From Candidatus Latescibacterota bacterium (GTDB lineage: Bacteria > Latescibacterota > UBA2968 > GCA-2709665), in NCBI GenBank assembly GCA_965203805.1, contig OZ241917.1, positions 5,152,001-5,216,000 on the forward strand: a stretch of 64,000 bases of DNA, given 5' to 3'. Positions 1-10,524 of the stretch are shown piece after piece. The position numbers and the translations under genes were made by a program. Under the pieces are notes generated by a model. The model was not told the origin of the DNA and searched no databases. It saw only the letters and a list, made by a program, of their open reading frames with translations. Each line of letters opens with the position of its first letter. The first letter of the stretch is position 1.

Positions 1-182
1 TCCATCTGCCACGGGGTCGTGGAACTGCCGGGGTAGAAGAAATGCCAGGAAATATTCACCTTCAGGGCGGTGTCGAGCTTCCTGTCCAGCACGTCCTGGT
101 ACCCTGCCAGGTTCATCAGCCGGTGATAGTCTCTCAAGACCGTGTCAGGTCTGGTTTTCAGGACGGCAACCCGGCTCTGCAT
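1..182 (-). CDS. DUF362-family protein, 5' part only (runs off the window edge)
   Basis: Hand translation from ATG at 182: MQSRVAVLKTRPDTVLRDYHRLMNLAGYQDVLDRKLDTALKVNISWHFFYPGSSTTPWQ, resembling DUF362 N-termini; not in the ORF track because it is truncated. Confidence 0.6.
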   Translation of the reverse strand, partial: MQSRVAVLKTRPDTVLRDYHRLMNLAGYQDVLDRKLDTALKVNISWHFFYPGSSTTPWQM

Positions 183-244
183 AACGAGTGCCTTCAAACG
201 GTGGCGATGGTGAGGTAAGACCCTTAACGGTCGAGCGGAACGGC

Positions 245-1114
245 TTACTTGAAATAGAGCAGGCCGATAACGGCGAGAAACCAGAGGCCGCCGTTGATCA
301 GCAGCGACGGATCGCCCAGAATGGTTGAGGACGGATTGCCGCCTTCGTTCCTGGCGTAGACCAGATAGAGGTAGCGCAGCAGTCCGTAGATCACGAAGGG
401 TATGGTGAGATTGAGATGGGGCGTTCCGAGTTTCAGGACGACGTCGGGTGACATCGTGTAAAGCGCGTATGAAACGAGTGCGCCCGCGGTGACCACGGCG
501 ATCATCTGGTCCAGGAACCGCGGCGTGTATTCATCCAGAATGCGGCGATGTCCGGCCGCGCCGGCTTCCAGGAGGATCAACTCCTGCCGGCGCTTGACGA
601 ATCCCATGAAGAGCGCCAGCAGGACGGTGCACAGAATCAGCCAGGAGGAGATTTCCACGCTGATGACCAGCGCGCCGGCGATGGCCCGGAACAGGTATCC
701 CGAGGCGACGATCATCACGTCCAGGATCACGATATGTTTCAGATAGAGTGAATAGGCGACGTTCATCAGCCCGTAGGCGAGGAGTACACACCCGAAGGGG
801 ACGCTCAACAGAAAGGCCGGCGGAAGGACGAGCAGCGTGATGGCGATCGAGGCGGTCGCCGCTGCGGCGAGGCCAAGCCGGCCCGATGCGACCGGCCGGT
901 TGCGCTTATCGGGGTGCCGGCGGTCGGATTCGACGTCCCGGACGTCGTTCAGAAGGTAGACCGCGCTCGACATGAAGCAGAAGAGGACGAACGCGACGCC
1001 GCTGCGCAGCAGGTAGCGACCATCGAGCAGGTGTTCCGAGAAGACCAGCGGGGCCAGCACGAACACGCTCTTGATCCACTGGTGCGGCCGCAGGGACTGG
1101 ATGAGTGGACGCAT
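245..1114 (-). CDS. UbiA-family prenyltransferase (decaprenyl-phosphate phosphoribosyltransferase-like)
   Basis: LRPHQWIKS, YLLNDVRDVESDRRHPDKRNRPVASG, YSLYLKHIVILDV and KRRQEL motifs; many TM segments. Confidence 0.85.
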   Translation of the reverse strand: MRPLIQSLRPHQWIKSVFVLAPLVFSEHLLDGRYLLRSGVAFVLFCFMSSAVYLLNDVRDVESDRRHPDKRNRPVASGRLGLAAAATASIAITLLVLPPAFLLSVPFGCVLLAYGLMNVAYSLYLKHIVILDVMIVASGYLFRAIAGALVISVEISSWLILCTVLLALFMGFVKRRQELILLEAGAAGHRRILDEYTPRFLDQMIAVVTAGALVSYALYTMSPDVVLKLGTPHLNLTIPFVIYGLLRYLYLVYARNEGGNPSSTILGDPSLLINGGLWFLAVIGLLYFK

Positions 1115-1190
1115 AGGCGGGAGGGTTCGGGCGTTGGAAGACCGGGGTCGGAATTCCGGCGGATCAGTTCCGGCCTCCGCAATGCAGCTT

Positions 1191-4100
1191 TCAGATCGTC
1201 AGGCCGAAGTAGATGCGGTTGTTGTCGATGTCCCGGCCCTGAATGCTGTCGCGGGTGGGGAAGGCAATCTGGAAATAACCGTAGAGGGGAATCCGGTAGT
1301 GCGTGAACATTTGCATGCGAAGCTCGAAGCCCCAGTCGGTCAGAAAGGCCGATCGTTTGAACCTGTCGTCTGAATCGAGCAGGGCCCGCAGGCTCTCGAA
1401 ATTGCCCGTGGCGCCGGTCTCCACGAAGAAAGTGCCGTAGATTTTATCGAAGAAGTATGGCGGCAGTTCCTTCGCGGCGTTCTTGAAGATCGGAAAGGTC
1501 AGACTGGCCCTCGCGAGCAGGGCTTTGCCCCCGGACGTGGAGAAATAAGGATATCCCCTGAGGGTGCCAAGACCGCCCAGATAGTACCGGAGAGGATAGT
1601 AGAATACGCCTTCGGCCGACGAGGTGTTCTCCTGTACGTCCTTTATGGGTTTGTCCTTGTAGGCGAGGAAGGCCTGGAGGGCGAGCGTCGATCGGCCGCC
1701 AAGTCCGATGAATTCATTCCAGGACACGACGTATTCATTAATGCCCAACTTTGTCGGATCCGACAGGAAGGTCGGGGCGGCAACGCCGTCCTGGTTCACC
1801 TGGGACCGAAACAGCGAATCGGTAACGGAGGCGTTGATGCGCCGGTACCTTAGAGTAATCGCCCTGCCGCGGGACGGGTTCACGAACATATCCTTTGCCG
1901 GCTGGAAATTGAAATACCGCCAGCCGACCGTGAGGTCGTTGCTCTTGAAAAAGCTGAGATCACGATACAGGAAATCGTCGAAAACGACCTCATCTTCGCC
2001 CAGACCGGGGATCTGATCCGTGATGTCGGTAATGACGCCGCTTCTGTTCTGGACCAGCCTCGTGCTGTCCAGGATGACCTGTTTCGCATGGGAGCTCTCC
2101 TTGTACCCCCTCCGGCCGTACGTCATGGACAGCACCTGGCGCCTGCCGATGCTGGTTTCAATGCCCACTACGAAATCACTGAACAGGTTCTTGTACCTGT
2201 CTTCCTGGGTGAGGGAGAGGTTCGTGAAACTGGTGACTCCTGGCACCAGCCGCAGGGTGTCGTCGACCACGATCTGCAGTGTGCCCGACGTGGTGTCCCG
2301 GCGGGCGTCCACAATGCCCCGGTCGATCTGGCTGTTGATGGTCTGCTGGCTGGCGCCGACAAAAATCCTGGGCGCGTACGTCCGGTCTTCGGTGTGAACC
2401 GCCGGCAGGCCCCTCGTATAGAACGCGGAGAAATTGGAGTTCAGGTCCACGTCCTTTTTCAGGTTCTTGCCAACCGTGAAGCCGGTGTAGATATTGTCGC
2501 TTCCCAGGAGGTCGCCCCACGCGGCTTCGGCGCCCACGCTCAGCTGATCCAGGCCGAACCGGTTACCGATAAAGGTCGGTCCCAGCGAAAGAATTGGCAC
2601 GACGCCGATGGAAGACAGGCGTGGCGCATACCTGCCGGTATTGAACAGGTCGCCGATTTTCTTGCCCTTGTAGATGCTGCTGTAGTCCCGCACCAGGGAA
2701 TCGGCCGGCGCGGCCGCCACGGCGCCGGACTTCCGGATGCGGTAGATGTTGTAATTCGCGGCATGGTATCCCGAGTAGAGGATTTCGTCACCATCGGGCG
2801 AAACCGAGGGCGAAAAAGCGCCGCCGATGACGTTGGAGAGCTGTTCCTGCCTTCCCGTGGTGAGGTCGAGGGCGTAGATGTTGAAGATGCCGGTCCGGTC
2901 GGAGGCGTACACGATACCGCTGCCGCCGGGAAGCCAGACCGCGTCACGTTCATCGGCTCTGGTATTGATGATTACCTCGAAGCCAGCGTTGTGGGCGTAG
3001 GCCAGGCTGTCGGGGAAGGCGACCATGCTGTCTCGGCTGGCGGCTTCAGCCAGCGCGAGGCTGTCGGCCTCCGCCTGGACGCTGTCCATCCCGGATTCGG
3101 CTTTCTTCCTTTCGGCGATACGCTCGGCCAACTCCTGCTTTTCGGTCTTCTTCTTGTCGGTTTTCTTCGGCCGCGGCGTGGCATCCGCGCTGATGACGGC
3201 AATGTCCCGATCTTCCCCCCGGAAAATGCTGAAAAGGAGCATGTTTCCGTCTTCCGACCACCGGGGCGTGTAGTATTGCGTGCCGTTGTTGTTGTTGGTC
3301 AGATAACGGACCTCCGTGCCATCGATGTTTACGATGCCCAGGTTGGAGGTCCCGTCCCGATTGCCCACGAACGCAATTTTCGCCCCGTCGGGAGACACCG
3401 CAGGGTCTCTTCCTCGCAGGCCGACGGTGACGCGCCGCTCCTTGCGCGTGATGAGATCGTAGATGAAGATGTCCCAGTTGCCCCCGACGGATTTACTGTA
3501 CACCAGGGCGTTGCCGTCGGGCATCCATGAAAAGGGAAGGTTAACGTATTTCCCGTATTTCCGGCTTCTGGCCACCTTTGTCAGCTTTCGCGTGGTCAGA
3601 TCCATCACGAGCATCTCCATGATGGCGTAGTCGCTTCCCTCGTTGCTGATGAACGCCATTTTCGTGCCGTCGGGCGAGTAGGTGGGGAAGTGTTCCACGT
3701 CACCCCGATCCGAGAGCAGTTCGCCCTCCCGCTCTCCCGACGCGCGGATGGAGTCCGCGAGGTCGCCATATTTGCGATCGAGATGTGCCGTCCATTCGTC
3801 GTAGAGTTCAGGAGCGGATCTGCCGGTGCTTTTCTTGACCGCGGATTTGAAGTTGACAATCGGCCGGTGCCTGGACATCGCCCGTACGGAGTCCTGGCCG
3901 TAGGTCTCGGCCAGGTAATTCAGGAAGGCATAGCCCTGGTTGTATACCTGTTCCGATTTGAATCCGTCTTTGCCGAACACGCCCATGTTCGTATAGGAAA
4001 GCAGGTCGTCTTCAAGCGTCGCCATCCGCAGGATCATATCCCGGTGGGTGTCCCAGAGGTCTCCCCCGTACTTTTTGGACTCAAACTGGGCGATCCCTTC

Positions 4101-4757
4101 CGCGTACCAGTTCGGCATCGCGGAGTGGTAAAGCGGGAGAAAGAAGCCGAAGTCCGGATTCCGGTTGGAGCGGCGGCTGCCGAGCAGGCCGAAGACAAAG
4201 GGCATGCTGTTGTGAGAAGATTTGAGCGTGATGTGGTGGGTGAGTTCGTGGGTGAATACGTCGAGCACCCAGTCGTGAGTGCCTCGAGAGTCCCAGTTGA
4301 GGGGTGTGGCCCCGAAGAATATCAGATTTCCCAGGTAGGCCGAGTAGGCGTTTCCCAGAATGTCGATGTCGGAAACGATCACGTGAACCGGGGCGTAGCG
4401 ATCTATGGAACCCGGGTAGTGACGGGATATCTTTTCGAAGGTGTCGTCGGCAATTTCGGCGATGCGGCGGGCCGTGTTTTCCGCTTCCGCGTAGTAGATG
4501 GCGAAATACTTTGTGCGGATTGCCCGTGCGCCCGGCACGTGGAGGCCGAGCAGGGCGGGAAAGAAATGACGCTCGTGCCGATCCCAGGTGTAATCGGGCA
4601 TGGTGCGGTTCAACGGGACGTCGGCGATGTCTACCGTGGGACCGAATTTGTATTTTCTGGGAATCTGCTGGGCGTCTGACGGGATCGTCGCGCCGGACGA
4701 AAGTGTGATCAGAACGGCGGTGAAGACGCCGATGGATAGAATCGCGGATCGGTTCAC
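1191..4757 (-). CDS. Large exported protein: zinc-peptidase-like domain, TolB/PD40 beta-propeller and C-terminal Omp85-like beta-barrel
   Basis: Start re-called at GTG 4757 after AGGAG; signal peptide; HELTH plus downstream WYAEGIA (gluzincin-like); PTYSPDG, PAVSPDG and PSVSPDG repeats; YLGGLGTLRGYP motif and C-terminal IYFGLTI. Confidence 0.7.
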   Translation of the reverse strand: MNRSAILSIGVFTAVLITLSSGATIPSDAQQIPRKYKFGPTVDIADVPLNRTMPDYTWDRHERHFFPALLGLHVPGARAIRTKYFAIYYAEAENTARRIAEIADDTFEKISRHYPGSIDRYAPVHVIVSDIDILGNAYSAYLGNLIFFGATPLNWDSRGTHDWVLDVFTHELTHHITLKSSHNSMPFVFGLLGSRRSNRNPDFGFFLPLYHSAMPNWYAEGIAQFESKKYGGDLWDTHRDMILRMATLEDDLLSYTNMGVFGKDGFKSEQVYNQGYAFLNYLAETYGQDSVRAMSRHRPIVNFKSAVKKSTGRSAPELYDEWTAHLDRKYGDLADSIRASGEREGELLSDRGDVEHFPTYSPDGTKMAFISNEGSDYAIMEMLVMDLTTRKLTKVARSRKYGKYVNLPFSWMPDGNALVYSKSVGGNWDIFIYDLITRKERRVTVGLRGRDPAVSPDGAKIAFVGNRDGTSNLGIVNIDGTEVRYLTNNNNGTQYYTPRWSEDGNMLLFSIFRGEDRDIAVISADATPRPKKTDKKKTEKQELAERIAERKKAESGMDSVQAEADSLALAEAASRDSMVAFPDSLAYAHNAGFEVIINTRADERDAVWLPGGSGIVYASDRTGIFNIYALDLTTGRQEQLSNVIGGAFSPSVSPDGDEILYSGYHAANYNIYRIRKSGAVAAAPADSLVRDYSSIYKGKKIGDLFNTGRYAPRLSSIGVVPILSLGPTFIGNRFGLDQLSVGAEAAWGDLLGSDNIYTGFTVGKNLKKDVDLNSNFSAFYTRGLPAVHTEDRTYAPRIFVGASQQTINSQIDRGIVDARRDTTSGTLQIVVDDTLRLVPGVTSFTNLSLTQEDRYKNLFSDFVVGIETSIGRRQVLSMTYGRRGYKESSHAKQVILDSTRLVQNRSGVITDITDQIPGLGEDEVVFDDFLYRDLSFFKSNDLTVGWRYFNFQPAKDMFVNPSRGRAITLRYRRINASVTDSLFRSQVNQDGVAAPTFLSDPTKLGINEYVVSWNEFIGLGGRSTLALQAFLAYKDKPIKDVQENTSSAEGVFYYPLRYYLGGLGTLRGYPYFSTSGGKALLARASLTFPIFKNAAKELPPYFFDKIYGTFFVETGATGNFESLRALLDSDDRFKRSAFLTDWGFELRMQMFTHYRIPLYGYFQIAFPTRDSIQGRDIDNNRIYFGLTI

Positions 4758-4891
4758 GTGCTTCTCCTGGACTTCAATGGATGGATTGGGGTGGATTGGA
4801 CGGCCGACGGGAAGTTGCACGACGCGCTTTCGCGCCGGTCGGCTATAAAAGTAAACAATTAGACCTCCAAAGACAACGAACGGTTCCAATT

Positions 4892-5881
4892 TCAGTCCGT
4901 CGGGAGGTGTTGCCGGGTGCGCAGAATACACGCGACGCTGTGGTTCCCGCCGATTTCAAGCAACTCCGGCACGATTTTCGTGCATGCGTCTTCCCGTTCG
5001 GGGCAGCGCGGATGAAAGGGACAGCCGTGAGGGATGTTGGCGGGACTGGGGACGTCTCCGGTCAGTACGGTGCGCTGCTTTTTGATGCGCGGGTCCGGTA
5101 CGGGGACGGCCGAAAGCAGGGCGCGGGTGTAAGGGTGTTGCGGAGCGTCGCACAGGGTGTGGCTTTCCGCGATTTCCACGATGCGTCCCAGGTACATCAC
5201 CGCGATGCGGTTGGAGATGTGTCTGACAACGCTCAGGTCGTGCGCCACAAAGAGGAAGGTGAGGCCGAACCGGCCCTGAAGATCCTGAAGCAGATTGATG
5301 ATCTGGGCCTGGATCGACACGTCCAGGGCCGAAACGGGTTCGTCCGCAACGATGAATTCCGGATTCACGGCCAGAGCGCGGGAAATGCCGATGCGCTGGC
5401 GCTGCCCGCCGCTGAATTCGTGGGGATACCGGCGGGCATGGTCCGGTCGGAGGCCCACGGTGTCCAGGAGCTCTGCCACCCGTTCCCGTGTATCGCTTCC
5501 ATCGGTCAGTTTGTGGATTTTCAACGCTTCGGCCAACATCCCCCCGACCGTCATACGGGGATTCAGCGAACTGTAGGGGTCCTGGAAAATGATCTGCATC
5601 CGGCGCCGTACGCCGCGAAGCTCCGAGCGGTTCAGGCCGAAGACGTCGGCGCCGTTAAACAGCACGCGCCCCTCCGTGGCTTCGATGAGCCGCAAAATGG
5701 TCCTCCCCGCCGTCGTCTTGCCGCATCCGGATTCTCCGACCAGACCCAGGGTTTCCCCCCGCTGGACGGAGAAGGAGACGCCGTCTACGGCCTTGACGTA
5801 GCCGACGGTCCGGGAGAAAACCCCGCGGGTTATCGGGAAATGCTTCTTGAGGCCGTGGACTTCGAGCAGGGGCTTCGACAT
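4892..5881 (-). CDS. Oligopeptide/dipeptide ABC transporter ATP-binding subunit (OppF/DppF-like)
   Basis: GESGCGKTT Walker [26 protein letters not shown]-terminal GCPFHPRC. Confidence 0.93.
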   Translation of the reverse strand: MSKPLLEVHGLKKHFPITRGVFSRTVGYVKAVDGVSFSVQRGETLGLVGESGCGKTTAGRTILRLIEATEGRVLFNGADVFGLNRSELRGVRRRMQIIFQDPYSSLNPRMTVGGMLAEALKIHKLTDGSDTRERVAELLDTVGLRPDHARRYPHEFSGGQRQRIGISRALAVNPEFIVADEPVSALDVSIQAQIINLLQDLQGRFGLTFLFVAHDLSVVRHISNRIAVMYLGRIVEIAESHTLCDAPQHPYTRALLSAVPVPDPRIKKQRTVLTGDVPSPANIPHGCPFHPRCPEREDACTKIVPELLEIGGNHSVACILRTRQHLPTD

Positions 5882-5882
5882 A

Positions 5883-6884
5883 TCAATCCGATCGCGTCGC
5901 GGGAGAGGGATAATCTTCGACCATCCAGCAGGCCACGTGGCGGCTGCCGGCGGTCGGTTCCAGGCGCGGTTCGTCCGTTACACACACGTCTTCCGCCAGG
6001 GAACACCGGGGCGCAAACCGGCATCCGTCGGGAAAACGGGTCGCGTCGGGCACCGTGCCCGGGATCACGGACAGCCGGTTCTTCTCTTCGCTGAGCGTGG
6101 GTATGGATTCCAGCAAGCCCCTCGTGTAGGGGTGCTGAGGGCTTGCGAAGATCTCGTCCACCGTTCCGGTCTCCACGATCTTCCCGGCGTACATGACCGC
6201 CACGCGGTCCGCAACTTCAGCGATGACTCCCAGGTCGTGGGTGATCATCAGGACGGCCATTCCCAATTCCTTCTGAAGCCGGTCCAGAAGTTCCAGAATC
6301 TGTGCCTGAATGGTCACGTCTAGCGCCGTTGTGGGCTCGTCGGCGATCAGCAGTTCCGGGTTGCACGAAAGGGCCATGGCAATCATCACCCGCTGGCGCA
6401 TGCCTCCGGAGAGCTGGTGAGGGTACTCGTTTGCCCGTTGTCCGGGATCCGGAATGCCCACCAGATTGAGCATGTCCACGGTTTTGGCCCGGGCGGCGTC
6501 CCTGGCGAGGCGCTGGTGGAGCATGACGGCTTCGTCAATCTGGTCTCCACAGGTAAACACAGGGTTGAGGCTGGTCATCGGCTCCTGGAAAATCATCGCG
6601 ATGTCGTTGCCCCTGACGCCCTGGAATGCGGCTTCATCCAGACTCAGCAGATTCCGTCCGTTGAATCGGATCTCGCCCTGGACGATTTCACCCGGCGGTT
6701 CCGGTAACAGACGCATGACGGACAGCGACGTAACGCTCTTTCCGCATCCGGATTCTCCCACCAGGCCCAGGGTTTCGCCCTTGTCCAGGGTGAAGGAGAC
6801 GCCATCCACGGCTTTGGCGATGCCGCCGTCCGTATGGAAGTGCGTCTTCAGGTCTTCGACGGTCAGAAGGGGCTCCGACATCAT
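5883..6884 (-). CDS. Oligopeptide/dipeptide ABC transporter ATP-binding subunit (OppD/DppD-like)
   Basis: [32 protein letters not shown]. Confidence 0.93.
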   Translation of the reverse strand: MMSEPLLTVEDLKTHFHTDGGIAKAVDGVSFTLDKGETLGLVGESGCGKSVTSLSVMRLLPEPPGEIVQGEIRFNGRNLLSLDEAAFQGVRGNDIAMIFQEPMTSLNPVFTCGDQIDEAVMLHQRLARDAARAKTVDMLNLVGIPDPGQRANEYPHQLSGGMRQRVMIAMALSCNPELLIADEPTTALDVTIQAQILELLDRLQKELGMAVLMITHDLGVIAEVADRVAVMYAGKIVETGTVDEIFASPQHPYTRGLLESIPTLSEEKNRLSVIPGTVPDATRFPDGCRFAPRCSLAEDVCVTDEPRLEPTAGSRHVACWMVEDYPSPATRSD

Positions 6885-6970
6885 GCCGACCCTGTATTAA
6901 ACGTGCGCCAATTGCGGATGCGCCGGTTCGAAAAGCACACCATGGATCGATAGACAATCGCTCCGCCGGG

Positions 6971-7714
6971 TCAGAAAAGCGGCGGGTTCAGATGCAGCCA
7001 GTCTTCAAGCAGGAAATCCACGCGGCCGATGAGCAGGGAGATACGCGCCATGACGGTATAACCGAACGAAGCGCCGAACGAGACCATCAGGAAATAGATG
7101 CCCACCCTGGAGATGCCGCCCACAACCCCTTTATGTTCGACGGAGAAATAAAAGTAGATGAGTACGCTCACCACGCCGATCAGGATGATCGCCGGGTTCA
7201 GTACGGCCCATCCGAAGTCCGCCGACGCCAGAGAAAACGGGCTTATTGTGGGTTCGATCTGTTCGATGATGAACGAGGCCACGCGGCGGGGGATGGCCAG
7301 GCCCGCGCCGAGCCCCACGAAGAAAGCGAAGGAGATGCGGCTGAGCCACACCCCTCTGCCGAAAAAGCGGGTCATCAGGAAAAGGCCGAGACATGCCGGA
7401 ACGAGCACCAGCCATTTGACGCCCGTGTCGGCCGGTGGACGGAAGAGAGGATTCACCACGTCCACCAGGATGCTCTGGTACCAGACCAGCGCCAGCTCGT
7501 ATGCGGCAACAACGCCCACGTAGAGGTGCTCGGCCAGCTTGAAGAGCGGATTGTCCCTGTAGAGGAAGCTGTACAACGCGAGTGTGATCCCGGCGGCGAG
7601 GATAATCCCGAACCCCGACCAGTCTGCCTGCAGATCGCCGGCGGCCAGCAGATACCCGTTTACGACCGCAAAGAGCAGAATGAAAACCGGGAAGACGATG
7701 TTTTCTCTATTCAT
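6971..7714 (-). CDS. Uncharacterised multi-pass membrane protein of the GlmL-associated module
   Basis: About 7 hydrophobic segments; YSFLYRDNPLFKLAEH and FGASFGYTVMARISLL motifs; 4-nt overlap with the upstream gene. Confidence 0.7.
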   Translation of the reverse strand: MNRENIVFPVFILLFAVVNGYLLAAGDLQADWSGFGIILAAGITLALYSFLYRDNPLFKLAEHLYVGVVAAYELALVWYQSILVDVVNPLFRPPADTGVKWLVLVPACLGLFLMTRFFGRGVWLSRISFAFFVGLGAGLAIPRRVASFIIEQIEPTISPFSLASADFGWAVLNPAIILIGVVSVLIYFYFSVEHKGVVGGISRVGIYFLMVSFGASFGYTVMARISLLIGRVDFLLEDWLHLNPPLF

Positions 7715-8550
7715 GCCGCTGTTCCTTTACGAACGGCGCTTCGGTGCAGAAAGTAGACGACGTTTCCCAGCAGGATAAACCCGATGATGACCATATGTGC
7801 GACGGATTGCGGACGCATGCCGCTGACCGCCACGTCTCTCTTGCCCACCAGGGCTTCGTATTCCGCGGCGCCGGCGAGCCCGCCGATGAGGCCGTCGAGC
7901 TGCCGGGACTGAAGGAAGGGGAAGAAATCAGGCGCCATCACGGCGGTACATCCGGCCCCCAGGGGGAACCGGTATCGTTCCTGCCCGTACGCGATCCATT
8001 CGTCGACGCCGGGAAAGCCGGCGGCCAGGTCGATCACGTAATCGAAGTCTTTCAGCGACCGCAGATTGCGGGTGAGAGACATTTCGGAAGTGGCGACGCC
8101 CCGGCTGTCTTCGGGGAACGCGCCGCGCAGGTCCTGGCCCATATTCAGGATCAGTATCGGGCCGCCGGCCTTGAACCCGAGGAACGCGTAGTCCGTGCCG
8201 TTCACGCGCCCGTATTCCTCTCCCACCGTCTCAAACGCCTGCATGGCAAGCCCCACGGCTTCGGCGATGAGCGTCACGCCCACCACGCGGATATTCCGGC
8301 TGAAGCAGTGGCGAAGAATGGCCAGAGCCATGGGCTGGAGTTCCGGCTGCGAACTGGGGCCGTAGTCGAAGGAGATGAGCACGACGGCATCGGGATTTCC
8401 GGACAGGCTTTCTATCGAATCGTAGACCGCGCGCACGTTGGGCGTGGCCTTGATGGGCAGTTCGAAGCCGATGAGCAGAGGGATGCATACTGCGAGAAAA
8501 ACGGCCAGGTAGACGATGCGACGGTCGATGTTCAGAAGGCGTTCGATCAT
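7711..8550 (-). CDS. Uncharacterised membrane-anchored alpha/beta protein of the GlmL-associated module
   Basis: True start is MIERLLNIDRR at 8550 (overlap with previous stop, GGAGAGGAAGG upstream); N- and C-terminal TM helices; GLIGGLAGAAEYE motif. Confidence 0.7.
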   Translation of the reverse strand: MIERLLNIDRRIVYLAVFLAVCIPLLIGFELPIKATPNVRAVYDSIESLSGNPDAVVLISFDYGPSSQPELQPMALAILRHCFSRNIRVVGVTLIAEAVGLAMQAFETVGEEYGRVNGTDYAFLGFKAGGPILILNMGQDLRGAFPEDSRGVATSEMSLTRNLRSLKDFDYVIDLAAGFPGVDEWIAYGQERYRFPLGAGCTAVMAPDFFPFLQSRQLDGLIGGLAGAAEYEALVGKRDVAVSGMRPQSVAHMVIIGFILLGNVVYFLHRSAVRKGTAA

Positions 8551-9203
8551 TGTCCTTCCTCTCCGAGATAGGATCGCTCGATGCCGAAGATGATTCGCAG
8601 GGCCGTGGCGATCGCACCGAGGCTCACGCCCAGCAGGATGCCGCGCCGGGCGGCCAGGTTGGGGGTGGCCATCAGCCACTGGGACACGGCGGGCAGGTGT
8701 TCCGAGATGAGCGCGCCGATGGGTACCCGGCCGAGCATGACCAGCAGGGCGGCAAGAAGGAGCACAACGGCTTCGGCGGAACGGGCGCGGAACGTGCGGT
8801 AGGCGGCGGAAGCGATAAAGAAGGCAAGCAGAGAGAACATGGTGGCGCCGCCGGCCACGTTGATATGCGTATACATCCAGTTCAGATCCAGCCCGTCTCC
8901 CGGCGCGAGCGGTTGAAGCGGACCGCTGCCATTGTTGTAGACAGCCAGTGCGATCGTGACGATGAATCCGATGTACACCACGGCGCTGAACGCCCATCCG
9001 GCCTGTTTGCGTCTGATCCGGTGCCAGTGCATATGCAGCAGGCTGTGGATACCCAGAAACAGGGCGAAGGCGGCGATGATCCGGTACCAGGTTGAGGTTG
9101 TGATCTCCACCGGTTGGGCAACCGGAATATAGTAGGTGAAGATGCCGATGACACCGGCTGCGAAAGCCACGAGCAACGGCAGGGTGCGCTGCAGGAAATA
9201 CAT
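8547..9203 (-). CDS. Uncharacterised multi-pass membrane protein of the GlmL-associated module
   Basis: About 6 TM helices; FFIASAAYRTFRARS and LRIIFGIERSYLG motifs. Confidence 0.7.
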   Translation of the reverse strand: MYFLQRTLPLLVAFAAGVIGIFTYYIPVAQPVEITTSTWYRIIAAFALFLGIHSLLHMHWHRIRRKQAGWAFSAVVYIGFIVTIALAVYNNGSGPLQPLAPGDGLDLNWMYTHINVAGGATMFSLLAFFIASAAYRTFRARSAEAVVLLLAALLVMLGRVPIGALISEHLPAVSQWLMATPNLAARRGILLGVSLGAIATALRIIFGIERSYLGEEGQ

Positions 9204-9249
9204 TCGATTTTCTCCGGAAGACGTGAACGTGGATGACTTGCCTGCGCCG

Positions 9250-10524
9250 TCAGCCCGGCAACGACAAGAAGCCGATACCGGCCAGTATCGTACCCAGCAT
9301 CAGCATCAGAATGATGACTCCCTTCCCGAGGTCCTGTCCTTTCAGGCTTCCCAGAAGCTTTGGATCCCTCGAGAGATAGGCGCTGGCGGCGTAGAGTTCC
9401 TCCCCCATCAGCGTGTAGTCACAGGTCGTGATGAAGAATGGAAGCTGCGTATAGGCATCGGTTGCCGCGATCTGGATGGCGCCGGTTGTGGAGCCGGTTT
9501 CCGCCAGGAGCAGGGATTCGGCATAGAAATATCCCATCAGGAGATTGGCCGCCGGTTTCTCCCGAACCATCAGGCCCTCGAGCGCGGCCGCGTAGCTGAA
9601 CTGGTCCGCGGCCGCCAGAAAGACGTTGTCCGGATTGAACGCGTCCGGTCGTCCGGCTTCGATGCAGGATTCCTTCACCACCTCCTGGCTTACGGACATG
9701 ACAATCGGATCCCGGTTACCCACCTTGAGCTGGGTATCGTACTCCGCGGTTCGTTTTGCGACCTGACCGAGGATGTTCACGGCGGCAATGGTCGAGGGGC
9801 TGCCCATGTCCTGCAGGCCGTGTACGAAAAGCACCGGCTTTCCCATTTCGGTTGCCCTGCCAAGGGCCTCGTCAAGGGCGTCCAGGCCGGCCAGCCGTCG
9901 GATATAGAGGTCCTTGCGCCGGGCAAGCCGAATGTAAACGAGGATGAGAACGGAGAAGAGCCCCGCCAACGCGAAATTTCCCAGCTTGCTCGTGTTGAAA
10001 TAATTGCCGCGGGCCCGGGCCTCGACAACCGTTTGGCCCGCGCCGTGGACTCCGATGCGAATGAAATATGCCTTGCCGTTCTCGATCCTGATCCGGTCCG
10101 GTCCTTCAGGATCCCGGTAGGACTCGATGAGGGCGAAGTGACGATTGCGGTTCTCCTCCCCGGTACCGAACGTGGCGGGCTCATCGGCCATCGTCGGCGT
10201 TGTTTTCGGATCCAGTTCCGCAACGTGATAAAACGGGCCTTCCGCCCGTTCGGAGATGCCGATGCAGTAGCGCACGCTGTCCGGCAGGACATCGTACCGC
10301 CGCCAGGTGAGCGTGATGCTGCGTCCCTGGTCGGCCGGCGTGTCGAAGGCCCGGACGTCGGCCGGCGCCGTTTCGGCGCCGTCGGCAGGCGCGGCTGCGA
10401 TGACAAGAGCAAGAAGGAGCAAGAGATGAGCCATTTCGGGTCTCCTGGCGGTCCGATTCCGGCGCGCCGGATTTGCCGGTAGAGCGAAGGAACCCGCGCG
10501 CTGGCGGTTGTGTTCCGGTTGCAT
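9250..10524 (-). CDS. DUF6754-like membrane protein with N-terminal FnIII-like extracytoplasmic domain (start may be 10434, MAHLLL)
   Basis: Signal-like MAHLLLLLAL; PADVRAFDTPADQGRSITLTW FnIII-like strand; IRRLAGLDALDEALGRATEMGKP and GEELYAASAYLS motifs. Confidence 0.65.
   Translation of the reverse strand: MQPEHNRQRAGSFALPANPARRNRTARRPEMAHLLLLLALVIAAAPADGAETAPADVRAFDTPADQGRSITLTWRRYDVLPDSVRYCIGISERAEGPFYHVAELDPKTTPTMADEPATFGTGEENRNRHFALIESYRDPEGPDRIRIENGKAYFIRIGVHGAGQTVVEARARGNYFNTSKLGNFALAGLFSVLILVYIRLARRKDLYIRRLAGLDALDEALGRATEMGKPVLFVHGLQDMGSPSTIAAVNILGQVAKRTAEYDTQLKVGNRDPIVMSVSQEVVKESCIEAGRPDAFNPDNVFLAAADQFSYAAALEGLMVREKPAANLLMGYFYAESLLLAETGSTTGAIQIAATDAYTQLPFFITTCDYTLMGEELYAASAYLSRDPKLLGSLKGQDLGKGVIILMLMLGTILAGIGFLSLPG

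Noticed and set aside
7711-8997. Long N-terminal extensions in the ORF track (7711..8997, 56883..57830, 57593..59041, 33009..34967, 1191..4931)
   Set aside because: They overlap upstream genes; downstream starts with better RBS or coupling were chosen
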